Assembly (NCBI GenBank): GCA_046717345.1
Contig: JBKJVN010000109.1
Coordinates: 1 to 47,039 of the forward strand
Source of the DNA: Candidatus Limnocylindria bacterium
GTDB lineage: Bacteria > Chloroflexota > Limnocylindria > QHBO01
Length of the DNA: 47,039 nucleotides
Direction of reading: 5' to 3'
This document shows, piece after piece, positions 43,490 through 47,039 of this stretch (its first letter is position 1; each line of letters begins with the position of its first letter). The position numbers and the translations under genes are program-made. The notes under the pieces are model-generated. The model was not told the DNA's origin. It did no database searches and saw nothing but the letters and a program-made list of their open reading frames with translations.

Positions 43490-45640
43490 TCAGGCCGCGT
43501 CGCCGGAGGGGTCCGGCGGGGCGAAGGCGCGTTGCTCGCGGACCAGCTCGGGCCGCCCCGTCAACGTGGGATCGGAGCCGACCAGCGAGCGGGCCAGGGT
43601 CCGTGCCCGGCCCGCCAGCTCGAGGTGGCGGGGATCGAAGAGGGAGGCCACGCGCAGGGGTGGGAGCCCGGACAGGCGCGTGCCCAGCACGTTGCCCGCG
43701 CCCCGCAGCTCGAGGTCAGCTTCGGCGATCGCGAAGCCGTCGCTCGACCCGCGGACCACCTCGAGCCGGCGCCGCGCCACGTCATCGGCGGCATCCGACA
43801 CCAGGATGCAGAAGGACCGATGCGGGCCGCGCCCGACGCGGCCGCGCAGCTGGTGCAGCTGGGCCAGCCCGAAGCGATCTGCGTCCTCGATCACGATGAC
43901 CGCGGCGTTGGGGATGTCGATGCCGACCTCGATCACGGTCGTGGCCACCAGCACGTCGGTCACCCCGCCCGCGAATCGCTGCATGGCCGCTTCCCGGGCG
44001 GTCGCCGGCTGCTGACCGTGGACAAGGTCGATCCGGAGGTCCGGCAGTGCGGCCCGAAGCCGTTCCGCTTCAGCCTCGGCGGACGCCGCGGTCAGCGCGT
44101 CACTCTCCGCGATGAGCGGCACCACGACGAACGTCTGCCGGCCGGCGCGCGCTTCCTCGGCGATGAATGACTCGATTTTCGGCAACGCAGACCGGTCGCG
44201 CAGCTCGGTCCGGATCGGCTGCCGGCCGGGCGGTGAGTGGCGGAGGGTGCTGATGGCCAGGTCGCCGTAGACCGTGAGCGCCAGCGTGCGCGGGATCGGC
44301 GTCGCCGTCAGCGCCAGCATGTGCGGCTCGAGGTCCGCGGCCTTGGCCTGCAGGGCGGCCCGCTGGGCGACCCCAAACCGGTGCTGCTCGTCCACGACCG
44401 CCAGCCCCAGGCGCCGGAACGTGACGCCGGCGCTGATGACGGCGTGCGTCCCAACCACGACGTCAGCCTCGCCTCGGCCCAGGCGGCGGTGGATCCTGCG
44501 CTTGTCGGCGGCCGGCAGGGAGCCTGACAGGAACTCGGCGCGCACCCCGAGGGCCTCGAGCAGGGGGGCCAGCCCGTCGTGATGCTGTCGGGCGAGGATC
44601 TCGGTGGGGGCCATCAGCGCCCCCTGCCAACCACCCCGGCACACGACGGCGAGGGCGACCGCCGCGACGGCCGTCTTGCCGGAACCGACGTCGCCCTGCA
44701 GGAGACGCCGCATGGGCTCGTCGCCAGCGAGGTCGGCCGTGACCTCGGCCACCGAGCGGGACTGGTCGGCGGTGAGCCGAAACGGAAGCGCGTCGAGGAT
44801 CTCGGCCAGCGTCTCAACCGACACCGTGATGGGCGGCGCGCGCCGATGCGACCGGGCGGCCGCCGCCTGGGCCAGGGTCAGCTGGAGGCCCAGGAGCTCG
44901 TCGAACGCCAGGCGGTCGAGCGCCGGTTGCAGGTCCGCCATGTCGTCGGGGAAATGCGCCGTCCGGATGGCGAGCGCCAGATCGACCAGGCCAACCCGCT
45001 CCCCCGGTCGCAGCGGGTCGACCACCGCCGGCAGGCACCGATCGAGGACACGGGCCAGCAGCTCGCGGACCCGGCGCAGGGTGACCCCACCCACCAGCCG
45101 ATACACGGGCACCACCCGGGCGGTGTGGACCGACTCGCGGGTGGCCGGCGAGAACTCGGGGTTCGCGAACTGCATCCGCCACCCCTGGGCGGCGACCTTG
45201 CCGCTGACCACGATCTCGTCGCCGGCACGCAGTCGGCGCTCGATGAAGCGCCGGCCGAACCAGATGGCCTCGGCGCTGCCCGAGGCGTCCGAGAGCTGGG
45301 CGATGGTCCGGGGCGGGCGGCGACCGAAGCCGGGCTCGGAGCGGATGTCCTCGACGCGCACCCGCGCCGACTGCTTGTGCCCTGGGTTGAGGTCGGCCAG
45401 GCGACGGAGATCGCTGAAGTCGTCGTAGCGGAACGGGAGGTACAGCAGGGCCTGGCGGGGGGTGTGAATCCCGAGCCGGATGAGCGTGGCCAGGCCGCCG
45501 GCCAGCTCCGGCAGGACCTCGCGGATCGGCTGGTCGAGACGCTCCGAAGTGACGGCCCGCGGCGGGATACCGGTTCGGCGAGCGGCGGTCGCCGAACGCC
45601 GCGGACCCGATTGCATGGCTCGATCGTAGCGTGCTAGCAT
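43490..45640 (-). CDS. recG: ATP-dependent DNA helicase RecG
   Basis: Wedge/OB N-terminus, LLQGDVGSGKT, DEQHRFG, TATPIPRT and QLHQLRGRVGRG. The exact start is uncertain. Confidence 0.95.
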   Translation of the reverse strand: MLARYDRAMQSGPRRSATAARRTGIPPRAVTSERLDQPIREVLPELAGGLATLIRLGIHTPRQALLYLPFRYDDFSDLRRLADLNPGHKQSARVRVEDIRSEPGFGRRPPRTIAQLSDASGSAEAIWFGRRFIERRLRAGDEIVVSGKVAAQGWRMQFANPEFSPATRESVHTARVVPVYRLVGGVTLRRVRELLARVLDRCLPAVVDPLRPGERVGLVDLALAIRTAHFPDDMADLQPALDRLAFDELLGLQLTLAQAAAARSHRRAPPITVSVETLAEILDALPFRLTADQSRSVAEVTADLAGDEPMRRLLQGDVGSGKTAVAAVALAVVCRGGWQGALMAPTEILARQHHDGLAPLLEALGVRAEFLSGSLPAADKRRIHRRLGRGEADVVVGTHAVISAGVTFRRLGLAVVDEQHRFGVAQRAALQAKAADLEPHMLALTATPIPRTLALTVYGDLAISTLRHSPPGRQPIRTELRDRSALPKIESFIAEEARAGRQTFVVVPLIAESDALTAASAEAEAERLRAALPDLRIDLVHGQQPATAREAAMQRFAGGVTDVLVATTVIEVGIDIPNAAVIVIEDADRFGLAQLHQLRGRVGRGPHRSFCILVSDAADDVARRRLEVVRGSSDGFAIAEADLELRGAGNVLGTRLSGLPPLRVASLFDPRHLELAGRARTLARSLVGSDPTLTGRPELVREQRAFAPPDPSGDAA
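45611..45640 (+). promoter_or_regulatory. candidate promoter for rpmB (TTGCAT-18 nt-TAGCAT)
   Basis: Plus-strand hexamers lie at 45611..45616 and 45635..45640, about 55 nt before the rpmB ATG. Confidence 0.3.
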
Positions 45641-45696
45641 CGGTCCAGTCCGGCTCCCCGTCGGTGGGCGCCGGCTTCTTGGTGAGTGGAGGCCGA

Positions 45697-45888
45697 ATGG
45701 CCCGCGTCTGCGACATCTGTGGCAAGCGACCCATCACCGGCTGGAACGCGCAGTCGGTGGGAATGAACCGCAAGCGCGCGGGTCGACGCTGGCTGCCGAA
45801 CCTTCAGAGCCTGACCGTGGTCCGCAACGGCCAGCCGGTCAGCATGCGCGCCTGCTCCCGCTGCCGGCGCACCGCCACCAAGGCTTAG
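45697..45888 (+). CDS. rpmB: 50S ribosomal protein L28
   Basis: ORF trimmed to ATG 45697, which lies 4 nt after GGAGG. It reads MARVCDICGKRPITG...RRWLPNLQS and is 63 aa. Confidence 0.9.
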   Translation: MARVCDICGKRPITGWNAQSVGMNRKRAGRRWLPNLQSLTVVRNGQPVSMRACSRCRRTATKA

Positions 45889-46340
45889 CTGCCGAGGTCC
45901 CGAGCCGAGTCGATCAGCAGGGTGAACGGTCCATCGTTCACCAGCTCGACCTCCATCGCCGCCCCGAAGCGGCCGGTCGCCACTTCCGCACCCGCCTCCC
46001 GTAAGCGCGCCACGAACCGCTCGACCAGCGGCTCTGCGACGGCAGGCGGCGCTGCGGCGGTGAATCCCGGGCGGCGACCGCTGCGCACGTCGGCCAACAG
46101 CGTGAACTGGCTGACGACCAGCAGCGTGCCGTCGACATCGGCCAGGGAGAGGGTGGTCCGACCGGCGGGATCCTCGAAGTAACGCAGCCCGATCAGCTTC
46201 GCCGCCATCCGATCCACCACCTCGGGGCTGTCATCGGTCCCCACGCCGACCAGGACCACCGCCCCGCGTCCGATCCGGCCTGCCTCTAACCCATCCGCCC
46301 GCACGCTGGCGCCTGACACGCGCTGAACGACCAGCCGCAT
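45885..46340 (-). CDS. dtd: D-aminoacyl-tRNA deacylase
   Basis: ORF trimmed to ATG 46340. It has MRLVVQRVSGASV, LLVVSQFTLLADVRSGRRPGF and NDGPFTLLIDS. Confidence 0.9.
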   Translation of the reverse strand: MRLVVQRVSGASVRADGLEAGRIGRGAVVLVGVGTDDSPEVVDRMAAKLIGLRYFEDPAGRTTLSLADVDGTLLVVSQFTLLADVRSGRRPGFTAAAPPAVAEPLVERFVARLREAGAEVATGRFGAAMEVELVNDGPFTLLIDSARDLGS

Positions 46341-46344
46341 CGAC

Positions 46345-47039
46345 CTACGGCGAGCCCGACGGGGAGCTGCCGGGCGGCTCCGGGGCATCGGCCGCCGTCA
46401 CCAGGGCGTACTCCTCGCCCTCGAGCGGTCCGCCGAGCGCGTCCTCGGTGAACTCCGCCGCGGCATTCCAGATCATCCAGCCCGCCGCCCCGTTGTCGGC
46501 CAGCGCCTGCATCTCGGCGCGGACGTCGGCGGCGGTGTAGGCCCGGAACGACCCGTACCCGAAGTCCTGGATCCAGGGCCGAATCCGGAGCGGGAGGCCG
46601 ACGGCCTGCTGCTTCATGATCTCCAGGGTCCGATCGATCATCTCGTACGGGTGCTCGTTGGGTTCGGCAATGTCGAACACGCCCGCGTAGTAATGGCTCG
46701 GATAGACCATGGGGCTGAAGTAGTCGACGTAGGGCATGATCACCTCCGGCCGCTGGCCGATCCCCTGGTCGTCGGTGGCGATGAAGCTGATCGGGAAGAC
46801 GTCGGCGGCCAGGAAGGCGCGGCGCCACGCGAGCTCATCGGAGATGACCCGCATCACGCGCTGGATGGTCGGAAGCCGGAAGGACTGGGTGTGCGGCAGG
46901 TTGGTCTGGGCCAGCTCGTACGGCCCGTCGCTGTAGAAGCGGATGTAGTCCATCTGGACCTCATCGAAACCCTTGTCAGCGAGATCGGCGGCAATGGAGG
47001 CAATGTACTCCGCCACCCCGGGAGCGGACGGATCCAGCC
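46345..47039 (-). CDS. partial putative glycoside-hydrolase-like TIM-barrel protein (DUF4015-like); 5' end beyond the window
   Basis: The reading frame stays open to the window edge (..LDPSAPGVAEYIASIAADLADKGFDEVQMDYIRF...). The family call is from memory only. Confidence 0.55.
   Translation of the reverse strand, partial: LDPSAPGVAEYIASIAADLADKGFDEVQMDYIRFYSDGPYELAQTNLPHTQSFRLPTIQRVMRVISDELAWRRAFLAADVFPISFIATDDQGIGQRPEVIMPYVDYFSPMVYPSHYYAGVFDIAEPNEHPYEMIDRTLEIMKQQAVGLPLRIRPWIQDFGYGSFRAYTAADVRAEMQALADNGAAGWMIWNAAAEFTEDALGGPLEGEEYALVTAADAPEPPGSSPSGSP

Overview
GC-rich bacterial chromosome segment, roughly two-thirds G+C by eye, with strong GGAGG Shine-Dalgarno sites. It is packed with about 55 core housekeeping genes, nearly all on the minus strand, and no rRNA, tRNA, CRISPR array, transposase or integrase was seen. 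Read on the minus strand from high to low coordinates there are three conserved blocks. Block 1: recG-rsmD-coaD-(coiled-coil ORF)-yceD-rpmF-plsX-nusB-acpP-rnc-smc-ftsY-ffh-rpsP-KH-rimM-trmD-rplS-rnhB-yraN. Block 2: rpsB-tsf-pyrH-frr-uppS-cdsA-dxr-rseP-typA. Block 3: nusA-ylxR-infB-rbfA-nrnA-truB-ribF-rpsO-pnp-udg-rnj-ftsK-rodZ-like-yajQ-cinA-murC. Many junctions are 4-nt ATGA/GTGA stop/start overlaps. Only three loci are on the plus strand: a small-TM ORF plus an orphan secreted protein (17.9-18.7 kb), a 3xLysM lytic transglycosylase (28.0-29.1 kb) and rpmB. Because the DNA is GC-rich, the ORF track is full of antisense shadow ORFs and artificial N-terminal extensions, so I trimmed starts using stop/start overlaps and RBS positions. 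The most interesting observations follow. (1) The PNPase gene carries a complete in-frame DEDDh (DnaQ/RNase T-like) 3'-5' exonuclease domain inside its helical linker domain, an architecture I do not know to be described. (2) A synteny breakpoint between rseP and nusA lacks rimP, holds typA and an orphan plus-strand cassette, and is marked by a ~65-bp relic copy of the rseP 3' end. (3) The nusA leader has a promoter followed by an intrinsic terminator. (4) nusB sits between plsX and acpP. (5) Two genes have conserved-looking N-terminal coding sequence with no canonical start codon. All functional calls come from motif recognition by eye. No database search was possible.
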